From: Holosporales bacterium
GTDB lineage: Bacteria > Pseudomonadota > Alphaproteobacteria > Paracaedibacterales > UBA11393
Direction: 5' to 3'
Assembly: GCA_003542655.1 (NCBI GenBank)
Contig: DPKF01000096.1
Span: 1 to 32,106 of the forward strand
DNA length: 32,106 bases
Shown here: one piece after another, positions 16,992 through 26,399 of the stretch
Numbering within the stretch: the first letter of the stretch is position 1
Layout of the letters: each line of letters opens with the position of its first letter
Notes under the pieces: generated by a model
What the model was told of the DNA's origin: nothing
The model's database searches: none
The model's input: only the letters and a program-made list of their open reading frames with translations
Translations under genes and position numbers: made by a program

Positions 16992-19900
16992 ATGTTAATA
17001 CGCTTTTTATATAAAAAAAACATATCTATTCTTTTAATCACGGCAATGTACGTACAACCAATTTGTGCAACAACGCAAACGATATATAATTTAAATACGA
17101 GCGCCAAAGTTGTTGTTAAAGATGGGGGGTCTTTGCTTGTTGATAATACGTCTGTCCTCAATAATGCTATTGCACCCATCACAGTAAAGTCAGGCGGCTT
17201 ATTAGAGTTTAATAACCCCCAATCTACTTTGTTTGGTAATGTTAAGGTTGAATCGGGTGGTATATTTAAAACAAATGCACAAACCCTTAGTGCTTTACCC
17301 AGTTTAAATACAACATCGTCACCGCACTTGCAACTTGATAAAGATTCTGTTTTTTATACAACCCAAGTTTTATTAGATAGCACTAATGACGTTGGCAGTA
17401 TACCTTGTTCTATCTGGAATATTGGATCACCTTCTGGTCAAACAATTCATAACTTGTTAAGCAATGTTGCTGCGGTTAATGTTTTAGCAAATGCATTGCT
17501 CACAATTGATCAAGATAGTACAGTCGCCTTGGATCAATCACTTTTCCTTCAATCACTTAGCAAACTCTCAAACCCTTCATCACAACTTGCGATAAACGGA
17601 ACACTTAACGTTGGTAGAACTGCCAGTTTGACGCTAGGAGAAAATGCAACAATCCAGATAAATCCGGCTGCAATTTTTGAAAGTAATTTTGAATCCGTTG
17701 CTGACTTTCCCTGGTTTTCTAAAATGCATTTTGCTTTTAATGCCCTTTTTTCAACAACTGGCGACTTTAACGATACAGCAGAAGACTTAGGCGCAATTAA
17801 AGCAACAATATGGCGCATTAAATGTACCACTGATAATTCTACGCGGTGGCCAGATGATCCAGGACAAACGGCGTCATCAGTATCTTTAGATGGTTGTCAA
17901 ATATCAACAGTTATAGTTGATAAAGGGGCTTTTCTTTTTTCAACAGTTAATAATCCCTTAAGTTTATTATCAGAAGAAACATTAAATGTTGATGGTACCT
18001 TCAAAGTAATGCCCTTTTCTACATGGACGTTGAATCGTTTCACAGCAGTCAATGCAAAAAATGGCACTGTTATCATCTTACCAAACGGTGTTTTAAAAAC
18101 AAATCGTTCTATATTAGGGCCCATTCAACCGTCTTGGTTTTCACCAAAATCAATCCTGACCACAACATCTGTTCTTGTTGACAGTACAGATAATTTAAGT
18201 AAAATTCGCGACGGAATTACTTGGAATATTGTGCTTCAAAGGGGCATGCAAACATTAAGAAACTGGCAAGTTTCTTCTACACCAAATATAACAATAGTTG
18301 CCAAAAACAAAGCAAACATTCAACTGAGCAAGGAACAAATTAATCAACTGACATACCAAAATATTATTATTAATGAAGGGGCAGTTTTAGATCTGACACA
18401 AGAGAATGCGACAAACATTTCTGGAAATCCAAAGGTTCTAGTCAATCCACGTGGAACTCTACAAATTAATGAAAACAGCTTTGATAAACTAGGTCCTTTT
18501 CTATCATGGATGGAATTTGAATCAATTTTAAGGACGACCGTTCCTTTAAATGATGACACCGTAACGTTAGATAAAATTCCAGATCCAATCACTTGGCGTG
18601 TAGGATCACGGGTTTCTTATACCGGTTCAAATGTTGGACAAACAGCCACCAATCTTGGGTACCAAACTGCAGCAAGGTTATCGCCTTCATTTTGGAAATT
18701 AATTGTGGATCAAGGTGCTTTTTTATATGCAGATCCAAGTAATCACTTAAATTTTGGTCCAATACAAACTGTCACAGTAGATGGCGTGATTGAAATTTTA
18801 AGAAATGCTCTGTTAACTATTGAGGATGGTGCCTCAGTCACAGTAAATTCAACCGGAAAGCTTACATGCCATACAGCGTCAATACTTAAGACGACATGCC
18901 AAACATTTTTACCAAAATTAAACCCAACATCTTGGTTGCAAGCGGGTGCCGTTTTGCAAACCGATGCTGTTTTATCAGATGATGCAAATGGTGTCGGGCT
19001 AATCCCTAATAATGTTATCTGGAATGTAAATTCAAGCAACGTTTACAATCCGCTTGATGAAGAAAAAAAATATCAAACAGCTTCATTTGCTTGCCAACCC
19101 AATGTCAGTTCAACAACAGGTATTGTTCGACAAATAAATATATTACCAAATGCTTTTTTATATGCTGATAGTACGCATCCATTACGTTTACAACCGCATC
19201 AGATCATGACCATTCATCCGCTTGGTACTTTAAAAATGATGAGTGGCGCTTACATGGCGTTTGAACAAAATACACAAATTGTTAACCATGGCAGTATAGT
19301 CATTGGAAATGGTGCTACCCTAGAAATAGAAGATAAAAATGCATCACGCATTCTCGATAGCGGCATTAGTTTGCTTCCTGGCGCCATGCTGAAAACACTA
19401 AAATTATATCAAGATGATGTATCAAGTTTTAGTAGTTTTCCCAAAGGAATAAAGTGGGTTATTGGTTGTCAAAACCGAGCAGAAGATACACCCTTTTTTC
19501 AAACAGCTAGTGAGGGTGAAAAACACATTCAAGTGTCTTCTGGTGCAAATTTGTATGTTGATTTTGCTTCTCAGCTTATTATTCAAAAAGGTCAAGACTT
19601 CACAATTGATGATGGAGGAACTGTCACCGTTTTACCTAGAGGGATTTTGAGCTTTTTATTTGGTAGCAATGTGTCAATGGTGGGGACAGGTCAAATTCAC
19701 ATGCTTGGTAATAGTATTTTAAGAACGTCTAGCTCAACAATCAATTTGCAATATTGGTTAACAGATCAGAATGTTAAAAGTGATGTAGCGTTGTCGGATG
19801 AACCGTTGCATTTGAGAGGAGGAGGGAGTACGTTAAATTTTAATGATCTAAAAAAATTTTCAAATCGTTTTTCGGGCGCGCGTGTGGACGACAGTTCAAA

Positions 19901-22900
19901 TCCAACTGCATCAAGTTTTATGACTTTATTTTCAAAAGGTCCCTATAATTTTAATGCGTCAAAGATAACTTTTAATGTAGGTACAAGTTCCGCCGAACCA
20001 CCCTATAGTGATGGAGGTATTTTTGCAAGTGATGAATATTTATTAGAACAAAATATTTTGAAAATTAAAGCAGCCGTTTGGTTAATAAGATCAAAAAATA
20101 GATCTTCAGATTCTATATTCGCTGCGCTTTCCTCCATTGCGCGCACTGCTGATGTTGTTGAACGAGGGTTTTGCTGCAAAGCAGATATAAGCGATGAAAA
20201 TTGGCAAACACTTATACCATATTTTCAAGCTTATTGGAATGATTTGGGTTTTCCTGACAACATCAGCTATCAAACTGCTTTATTTTATACAAAAGATGTT
20301 CAGTCAGGATTTTGTTTAGGAAATAATACAGACATTAAAACAATTATTGTTGATGAAGGTTCAACACTGGCCACACAAAAAAATACATTCATGTCCATTG
20401 AACCACTTAATAGCGCTTTACGTTTTGAACGGCACAACCTTGTTTTGACCTTAAATGCCAATCAACATCTTATCGTGAATGGTACGCTTGATTTTTACAA
20501 TTGTTCTGTGACTGATCCGCTTCAAAGTTTTGCAAAAAATGGCGCCACTGTATCAATTAATGGAACCGTTATTTTAAGAAATTGGATATGGAGTCAAGTA
20601 ATACTCAATTTATCAACCGATACGCGTGAAAGATTAACGCAAATGCAGGGAATTTTTGAAAAAGACAGTCGAACGAATTATTTTTCTATACTAGGACTCA
20701 ATAGTAATAAAAATTTTAATAACTATCCACTGGGGCTAGATTTTGAAGATTTTAAGCTAGGGTCAACATTAGAAACAAGATGTAATATTACATATGATGA
20801 TTCAGCGAAAAGCGATACTTATGATCCAACTACCAATGCGCTAGTTTCACATGGTTTGGATCCAGTGAATGTAAATGGCACACCTCAAAATGCCATTCAA
20901 GCAACATTTGCGATTCCATCCGGTGTTTTATGGAAAATTATGGGCAGTTATCAGGCCTTACCACCAATTAATCCGATTGAACGACATATACCAGGGCTTC
21001 ACCCCGAAAAGTCTGGCTTGCTAAATTCAGGTTTCGAATATTTAGGGTCGTCACTTTACTTTAAGCCTGATTATCAAGGTAATATGCAGTTAATAACAAA
21101 GGCTATTGTCGGTGGCAAGATTAATTTTGCTAATACCAACCAGTATTTTTCTTTAGAAAATGGATCAATTTTATCATTTTTTCCCCTGTCACAATTAGTA
21201 AACTATGTAACTAATTCTGAAAATAATGGCACAACGACGACTTACAGATTTACAGGCTTTAGCACTGCTTATCCAACAAATCTAGGACTCTATTTTTCAA
21301 ATGGTTCTAAGCTTATCATTGCGGAAAACGCAATTGTAACATACAGAAAAGTTGCATTGAAAGCCATACAAAACTTTTGGATTTATAATAAATGGGATTT
21401 AAATGGTCAACCTATTATGACGAGAGAAGCTGAGGATCCATCTCCTCAATATTTTGATAGTCCACATCACACCAAAACTATTATTGGTGGTAATGCTTCT
21501 CAATCTGTAAGTATTGCAGATGGTGCCATTCTTGAAACATATAAAACAAACTTTAACAATGACCCAGAATTTACTGAAGATCCATTCTCTACCGTTGACC
21601 AAGGTATGCAATCATCATGGTTAAAATCGGGGTACATTTTTTACCCCAGACTTTCATTTATGGATACGCCATCTACATTACAAACGACTAAAGGACTTGA
21701 AGCCTTGCCAAAAGGAGATCATTATTCAACCCCAGATAGTAATAATCTTGGGTATATTACCAACGCAACGCTTTGGATTGGGGCAAAACAAACCATTGAA
21801 ACCTTGCCAGAGTGTATTAATATCATTGTCAAAAACTTCGGTATTTTAATATTACCAAATTCAAACCCTAATTTTGTGTTCACTGATAGCAATAAAAAAT
21901 ACTATAATTTTAATGCGGCACCAGATGGTGCAGCAAAAAAAATTAAACAAACAATTAAAGTTGAATCTGGCGGGCAGCTTACAGTACCCGCAACGCTTGC
22001 AGGGTTTGGTTCAGGTATGGCATCAATAGATACCCTGTCAATTCTTGATCAATGTGTATCTATTCAAAGCGGTGGCACACTTGACATAAGCTTACCTAAG
22101 CATTTAGACCATATTTCAAGTTGGATGCAAAGTGGTTCTACCTTAATAAGTAGCTGTGTCCTTAATGAAACCTTGGTTGCAAGTATTGTTGATCAATCCT
22201 TGGCTTTATGGATTATTAATGCTGGGTCTACAGCCTTTATTGATAACAAAGGTCAAACAGTTGCATCTTTACATAATACGAATCTACCAATTCTTGTAAA
22301 AACGTCTTTGTTTGGCACCCCCAATAGCACAATTCATTTGCATAACGTTTCCCTTGATAAAGGATCGTTTTTACAAAACCCACCAACGTGTACGCTTAAT
22401 TTTAATGGCGGCGATACCTTATCGTTAGATGATACCGCCACGATCGTGAATATGGGTACAATTAATATGAATGCAGGGTCAACCCTTTCCATTGCTGAAA
22501 ATGCTATAAATTTCATATCAGGATTCGTAAAAGGCGATTTTACAAACGCCATTAAGTTAATGCCTGGGTGTATCATTCAAACCAATGTAGCCTTACTTGA
22601 TAGTATAGATGGTGTTGGCGCCTTAGGTGATCAGTGGATATGGAACATAGCATCAAAACAAACAGCCTCTAGCTTGCCAAAACAACTTGCAACAATAAAT
22701 GTTCTAAAAACAGGCAGTTTGTTAGCAACGCGTCATGATGTTTTTAAACTTTATGCAGGGCAAACATTAAATATAGCAGCTGGCGATGCTGGCATAAACG
22801 GTGATTTTAATATTGGTGGTTCGCTTACCACAAGCAGTACTCAGCAGATAGAAAGCGTCGTTTGTTCCATTCAAGCCGGCGCTATACTAAATCTTCCTGC

Positions 22901-25900
22901 ATATGCTGCTTTAACAATTGGCCAACTGGCATTAATGTCGATATCTGGCACGATACATATTGATGAAAATGCGATCATAGTCGGTGACAAAATAATTTTT
23001 GAGAAAGGAGCTGTTTTAAAAACAAATGCTCTTCAATATCATCTTGTTCCAAGTTATAGAAGTTTTGATGTAAATGGATCAATTTTTGAGCAGACAAACG
23101 CGCTATTTTCAGATTATTCACATCTTGATCCTGGATTTACCGAAATTAATATAGGTCTTGATTTAAACAACAAAACGATCGATTTTTCTGGTGGGAAGTT
23201 TACAAAAATTAATGTTATTGCAAATGGTGTTTTAAATTTTAACAACATTACATTAAACGACAATCAAAAAATTTATGTGAAGGACGGAACAGTTAATAGT
23301 GCCAATGGTTCAGACCGTGTTGTAACTGTGACAGATGCTACGCCGACCGAAGAAGCATCACCCGATTTAAATATTGCAAGGGGAGAAAAAGTTTACGTTA
23401 ATCCCTTAAATCCATTAACTGTAACAGGTGATCTTTTTGTTAATCCAAGAGGTTTGCTTGAGGTGTTAAATGGCGGTGTTTTAACACTGAATGCATCAGG
23501 AGATTTAACAAATAATGGCACAATATCAATTAATGATGGTGGAACACTGATAACCGACGCAACAGATTTTTCAACAATTTCAGCAAGCTGGCTAAAACCT
23601 GGTAGTATTTTACAGACTTCTGAAAATTTTACAGGTTCTATTCCAACAGGTATAAATTGGAAAATTTCTGGAACACAAACATCTGATTTTTCGGTCGCAA
23701 ATGGACAAACTGTTTCAGGAACAGGAACAATAACAGGAAGCATAACTGTTCATGATGGCGGATTGTTAGATATGCGATCACTAACTTATACACCAGCAAA
23801 CACAAATAAAGTTACCGTAAATGCTAATGGCATTGTTCAATTTGAAACGGTTCCAAACAGCTTAGCAAGCTATACCTTCAATACTAACGCGTTCATTCAA
23901 ACGACGCGTGATATTACTAGTTTTCCATCAATGAACCCACAGGCTATCTGGAATATTGCAGGTAATCAAACCACAAGACTTGCATCTGTTACAAACAAGC
24001 CAAACACAATCCATATTGTGTCAAACGGAAGCTATACGCCACAAAGTACAACAGATATTCCAACAGCTGTACAAAGTGGCGGAACACTTGTGGCAACTTT
24101 CTCAGATGATTTCAAGCTTGGAACGGATACAGTCTCTATCTTATCTCCTCTGATGAAAACAAATTCAACTTTACGCTTGCTAGGCAATGATACTTTCAAT
24201 AGACTTATTGAGTTCCCTAGTCTACAGGTTGCTAATATTACGCTTGATGGCATGGCATTAGAAATGGAAGGCGCTGCAACTTTAACATGTGCGATGATTA
24301 ATATCCTCAATGGAGGAACGTTAACTATTAATAACACACTTGTCACTTCAACAAAGAACTTACAAAATATTACATTGAGAACGGGGGCTGCGGCTACTCT
24401 TAATGACGACGTGAACGAACGTCGTCTTTCAAATGGGGCAACTCTTATAACGAAAGAACCTGTTTATGATAATTATTTTTGTGTTGGGTTAATACCAAGA
24501 ACTGTCAATTGGACAATCGATATCGGCAATTCAAATGAACAGTCTTTATATTCTTTGCCGCAGACAGCAGAACCGCAAATCATTACCGTTACAAGTGGGA
24601 AAATATTAGCGACAGCAAAAGCGCCTTTGTATTTAGGGGAAAATCAAGCGTTAAGTTTTTCTGACCAAAATTCTGGCCTTGTGATTGAAGCAAACAGCAC
24701 AGCTATGCTTCTTGGACCAATCTATCTGAATAATGGGATCAGCTCTATTCAATGTTCAAATTACGGTGTTATGAACTTATTTTCAACACCCACAAAAGTT
24801 TTTACAATCAATAATATATTGACAGGTAAAAACTATGGCCTGATTAATATTGGCAACAGTGACCCTTTGGAAAAACAAAATATGGATCCTGTTTTGCCAG
24901 GCCAGCCATCTAATATTAAGCAATCAACCGTTACGCTCACCAATATGAGAAATTATGGTGTCATCAGCATTACGCAAGGCGGTATATTAAAAGATGTGAC
25001 AGCTGCCAATAAGGGGGTCATTAATGTTGCACCTGGGGGGCAATTATACTATACAAGTCATATGGCACCGAATATGTTCAATGTTAAAAACATCAATGTG
25101 AATGGTGGAACAATTATCCTAGACAGTTTAACCAACGTATTGCCCGCTTGCGTTGTCATGCAGAAAAATTCAACATTAGCGACATTATCACAATCATTTG
25201 ATCCAGCAACTGTTGAAAATGGCATTAATTGGTATCATTTTGGGACAGATAGCTGGATACCGACAAAAAATCAAACGTTATATGGCGCAATCACTCTGCC
25301 TTCCTTTTCATTAAATGCGCATACCCTGACAATTAAACCGGTTGCAAATACAACTACATCAGTTGAAAAGAAAGGGGGGCTTTATTCATACAATACGATT
25401 TTAGATGCTGGTACCTTGACGCTTGAGCATTCAGCAGCATACATTAAAGGGGCTTTACTAGGTGCAACACTTAATCTAAATAATAAAAGTAGTTTATTTT
25501 TTGGATCAGAAAATAATGAGTGTACTTTTGCTGGAACAATTACAGTTGATGCAGAGGCAAGCATAGTGGGTATGAACGGCAATAAGGGAGAATATCCAAG
25601 CTCTGCATGCATGAATATAATAACCGGAACAATTTCAGCCAATTCTGACAGCACAGAAACACGAAAATTAACACTATCAAATGTTTATGTTCAGAATAAC
25701 AGAGAACAAGATTCGTGGGACGAAATCCATATAAAGGACACTGTATTTTTGCAGGCTTCAGGAGCGAGAGGCGGAAATGTTTCTCTTTTGACAGGAGAAG
25801 GTACGGTTTTCTTGGAAAGGGGTTCATGTTTAAGTATTGACTACTCTAATATAAGCTTTAATAAAAAAATCATTGTAAATGGTAATGCTATCATTAGGGC

Positions 25901-26087
25901 GCATCCAGGAAATTTAACAGGAATTAGGAATTCTAATTGGTACAGCGTAATATACAATACATCACGGGCATCCTTTTCTCTAGAACCAGACCCTTTTAAT
26001 ATTTGGCTGTACTTCAATAAAGGTATTACGATTAACAACGGTGCAACGCTTACAATAGAGTCTTATGATGATAGATGGTCCTCCTAG
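16992..26087 (+). CDS. Giant (3031 aa) secreted beta-helix-type repeat protein (passenger-like), no beta-barrel
   Basis: GGAG upstream. Signal peptide MLIRFLYKKNISILLITAMYVQPICA|T. ~14 copies of the shared module, with W codons spaced ~370-435 nt apart in the N-terminal third. Ends in IESYDDRWSS. Confidence 0.85.
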   Translation: MLIRFLYKKNISILLITAMYVQPICATTQTIYNLNTSAKVVVKDGGSLLVDNTSVLNNAIAPITVKSGGLLEFNNPQSTLFGNVKVESGGIFKTNAQTLSALPSLNTTSSPHLQLDKDSVFYTTQVLLDSTNDVGSIPCSIWNIGSPSGQTIHNLLSNVAAVNVLANALLTIDQDSTVALDQSLFLQSLSKLSNPSSQLAINGTLNVGRTASLTLGENATIQINPAAIFESNFESVADFPWFSKMHFAFNALFSTTGDFNDTAEDLGAIKATIWRIKCTTDNSTRWPDDPGQTASSVSLDGCQISTVIVDKGAFLFSTVNNPLSLLSEETLNVDGTFKVMPFSTWTLNRFTAVNAKNGTVIILPNGVLKTNRSILGPIQPSWFSPKSILTTTSVLVDSTDNLSKIRDGITWNIVLQRGMQTLRNWQVSSTPNITIVAKNKANIQLSKEQINQLTYQNIIINEGAVLDLTQENATNISGNPKVLVNPRGTLQINENSFDKLGPFLSWMEFESILRTTVPLNDDTVTLDKIPDPITWRVGSRVSYTGSNVGQTATNLGYQTAARLSPSFWKLIVDQGAFLYADPSNHLNFGPIQTVTVDGVIEILRNALLTIEDGASVTVNSTGKLTCHTASILKTTCQTFLPKLNPTSWLQAGAVLQTDAVLSDDANGVGLIPNNVIWNVNSSNVYNPLDEEKKYQTASFACQPNVSSTTGIVRQINILPNAFLYADSTHPLRLQPHQIMTIHPLGTLKMMSGAYMAFEQNTQIVNHGSIVIGNGATLEIEDKNASRILDSGISLLPGAMLKTLKLYQDDVSSFSSFPKGIKWVIGCQNRAEDTPFFQTASEGEKHIQVSSGANLYVDFASQLIIQKGQDFTIDDGGTVTVLPRGILSFLFGSNVSMVGTGQIHMLGNSILRTSSSTINLQYWLTDQNVKSDVALSDEPLHLRGGGSTLNFNDLKKFSNRFSGARVDDSSNPTASSFMTLFSKGPYNFNASKITFNVGTSSAEPPYSDGGIFASDEYLLEQNILKIKAAVWLIRSKNRSSDSIFAALSSIARTADVVERGFCCKADISDENWQTLIPYFQAYWNDLGFPDNISYQTALFYTKDVQSGFCLGNNTDIKTIIVDEGSTLATQKNTFMSIEPLNSALRFERHNLVLTLNANQHLIVNGTLDFYNCSVTDPLQSFAKNGATVSINGTVILRNWIWSQVILNLSTDTRERLTQMQGIFEKDSRTNYFSILGLNSNKNFNNYPLGLDFEDFKLGSTLETRCNITYDDSAKSDTYDPTTNALVSHGLDPVNVNGTPQNAIQATFAIPSGVLWKIMGSYQALPPINPIERHIPGLHPEKSGLLNSGFEYLGSSLYFKPDYQGNMQLITKAIVGGKINFANTNQYFSLENGSILSFFPLSQLVNYVTNSENNGTTTTYRFTGFSTAYPTNLGLYFSNGSKLIIAENAIVTYRKVALKAIQNFWIYNKWDLNGQPIMTREAEDPSPQYFDSPHHTKTIIGGNASQSVSIADGAILETYKTNFNNDPEFTEDPFSTVDQGMQSSWLKSGYIFYPRLSFMDTPSTLQTTKGLEALPKGDHYSTPDSNNLGYITNATLWIGAKQTIETLPECINIIVKNFGILILPNSNPNFVFTDSNKKYYNFNAAPDGAAKKIKQTIKVESGGQLTVPATLAGFGSGMASIDTLSILDQCVSIQSGGTLDISLPKHLDHISSWMQSGSTLISSCVLNETLVASIVDQSLALWIINAGSTAFIDNKGQTVASLHNTNLPILVKTSLFGTPNSTIHLHNVSLDKGSFLQNPPTCTLNFNGGDTLSLDDTATIVNMGTINMNAGSTLSIAENAINFISGFVKGDFTNAIKLMPGCIIQTNVALLDSIDGVGALGDQWIWNIASKQTASSLPKQLATINVLKTGSLLATRHDVFKLYAGQTLNIAAGDAGINGDFNIGGSLTTSSTQQIESVVCSIQAGAILNLPAYAALTIGQLALMSISGTIHIDENAIIVGDKIIFEKGAVLKTNALQYHLVPSYRSFDVNGSIFEQTNALFSDYSHLDPGFTEINIGLDLNNKTIDFSGGKFTKINVIANGVLNFNNITLNDNQKIYVKDGTVNSANGSDRVVTVTDATPTEEASPDLNIARGEKVYVNPLNPLTVTGDLFVNPRGLLEVLNGGVLTLNASGDLTNNGTISINDGGTLITDATDFSTISASWLKPGSILQTSENFTGSIPTGINWKISGTQTSDFSVANGQTVSGTGTITGSITVHDGGLLDMRSLTYTPANTNKVTVNANGIVQFETVPNSLASYTFNTNAFIQTTRDITSFPSMNPQAIWNIAGNQTTRLASVTNKPNTIHIVSNGSYTPQSTTDIPTAVQSGGTLVATFSDDFKLGTDTVSILSPLMKTNSTLRLLGNDTFNRLIEFPSLQVANITLDGMALEMEGAATLTCAMINILNGGTLTINNTLVTSTKNLQNITLRTGAAATLNDDVNERRLSNGATLITKEPVYDNYFCVGLIPRTVNWTIDIGNSNEQSLYSLPQTAEPQIITVTSGKILATAKAPLYLGENQALSFSDQNSGLVIEANSTAMLLGPIYLNNGISSIQCSNYGVMNLFSTPTKVFTINNILTGKNYGLINIGNSDPLEKQNMDPVLPGQPSNIKQSTVTLTNMRNYGVISITQGGILKDVTAANKGVINVAPGGQLYYTSHMAPNMFNVKNINVNGGTIILDSLTNVLPACVVMQKNSTLATLSQSFDPATVENGINWYHFGTDSWIPTKNQTLYGAITLPSFSLNAHTLTIKPVANTTTSVEKKGGLYSYNTILDAGTLTLEHSAAYIKGALLGATLNLNNKSSLFFGSENNECTFAGTITVDAEASIVGMNGNKGEYPSSACMNIITGTISANSDSTETRKLTLSNVYVQNNREQDSWDEIHIKDTVFLQASGARGGNVSLLTGEGTVFLERGSCLSIDYSNISFNKKIIVNGNAIIRAHPGNLTGIRNSNWYSVIYNTSRASFSLEPDPFNIWLYFNKGITINNGATLTIESYDDRWSS

Positions 26088-26107
26088 CGGAAGCTGTCAA
26101 GTAAGTT

Positions 26108-26140
26108 GTCGCCTTTTTAAATTAGGCGGCTCTGTTTTTT
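26108..26140 (+). terminator. Putative rho-independent terminator after the giant-gene cluster
   Basis: GTCGCCT (26108-26114) pairs with AGGCGGC (26124-26130; one G-U pair), followed by TCTGTTTTTT; begins 20 nt after the gene 5 stop. Confidence 0.5.
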
Positions 26141-26399
26141 AGGCAGGTGTCGCCAGTTTTTAAAAGTCGGATTTTTTATAAAGTGATCCAAAGCCTTATC
26201 ATGACGTTCTTTAGCCTGTGTGATTGTATCTTTACAAACTTGTGTGATCTTTTGACCAGTCGTACCTTTTATCGGAGGGGATTTAGAACCTGTTTCACCT
26301 TTTGGCCTTTCTAAACATCCACTTGGTTGAGCAAAAAGTCCGCTAACCTCTGGATCTTTATTACCAAAATAGTTTTCTTGCGTAAAACTACGCACATCA
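26117..26399 (-). pseudogene. 5'-truncated gene fragment of unknown origin, possibly the C-terminus of a transposase
   Basis: 92-codon stop-free, basic-tailed reading frame whose upstream end runs into the IS66 fragment at ~26400. Downstream sequence (plus strand CGGAAGCTGTCAAGTAAG, 26088-26105) loosely resembles an IS end. Family not identified. Confidence 0.35.

Noticed and set aside
19815-19830. Strong Shine-Dalgarno-like AGGAGG inside gene 5 as an internal start
   Set aside because: No in-frame start codon at suitable spacing; explained by RGGG codons.
10420-26038. Numerous 60-190 aa ORFs nested in or antisense to genes 3-5
   Set aside because: Fully overlapped by long ORFs with coherent motifs; no independent signatures.
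127-26087. Diversity-generating retroelement, RTX/T1SS, or CDI toxin-immunity system
   Set aside because: No reverse transcriptase or TR/VR pair, no GGxGxDxL nonapeptide arrays or ABC exporter, and no VENN-type motif or small immunity genes seen.
26101-26110. GTAAGTTGTC as the left IR of the IS66 element
   Set aside because: Only GTAAG matches the right IR, and the flanking 8-mers (GCTGTCAA vs CATGCATT) are not a target duplication.
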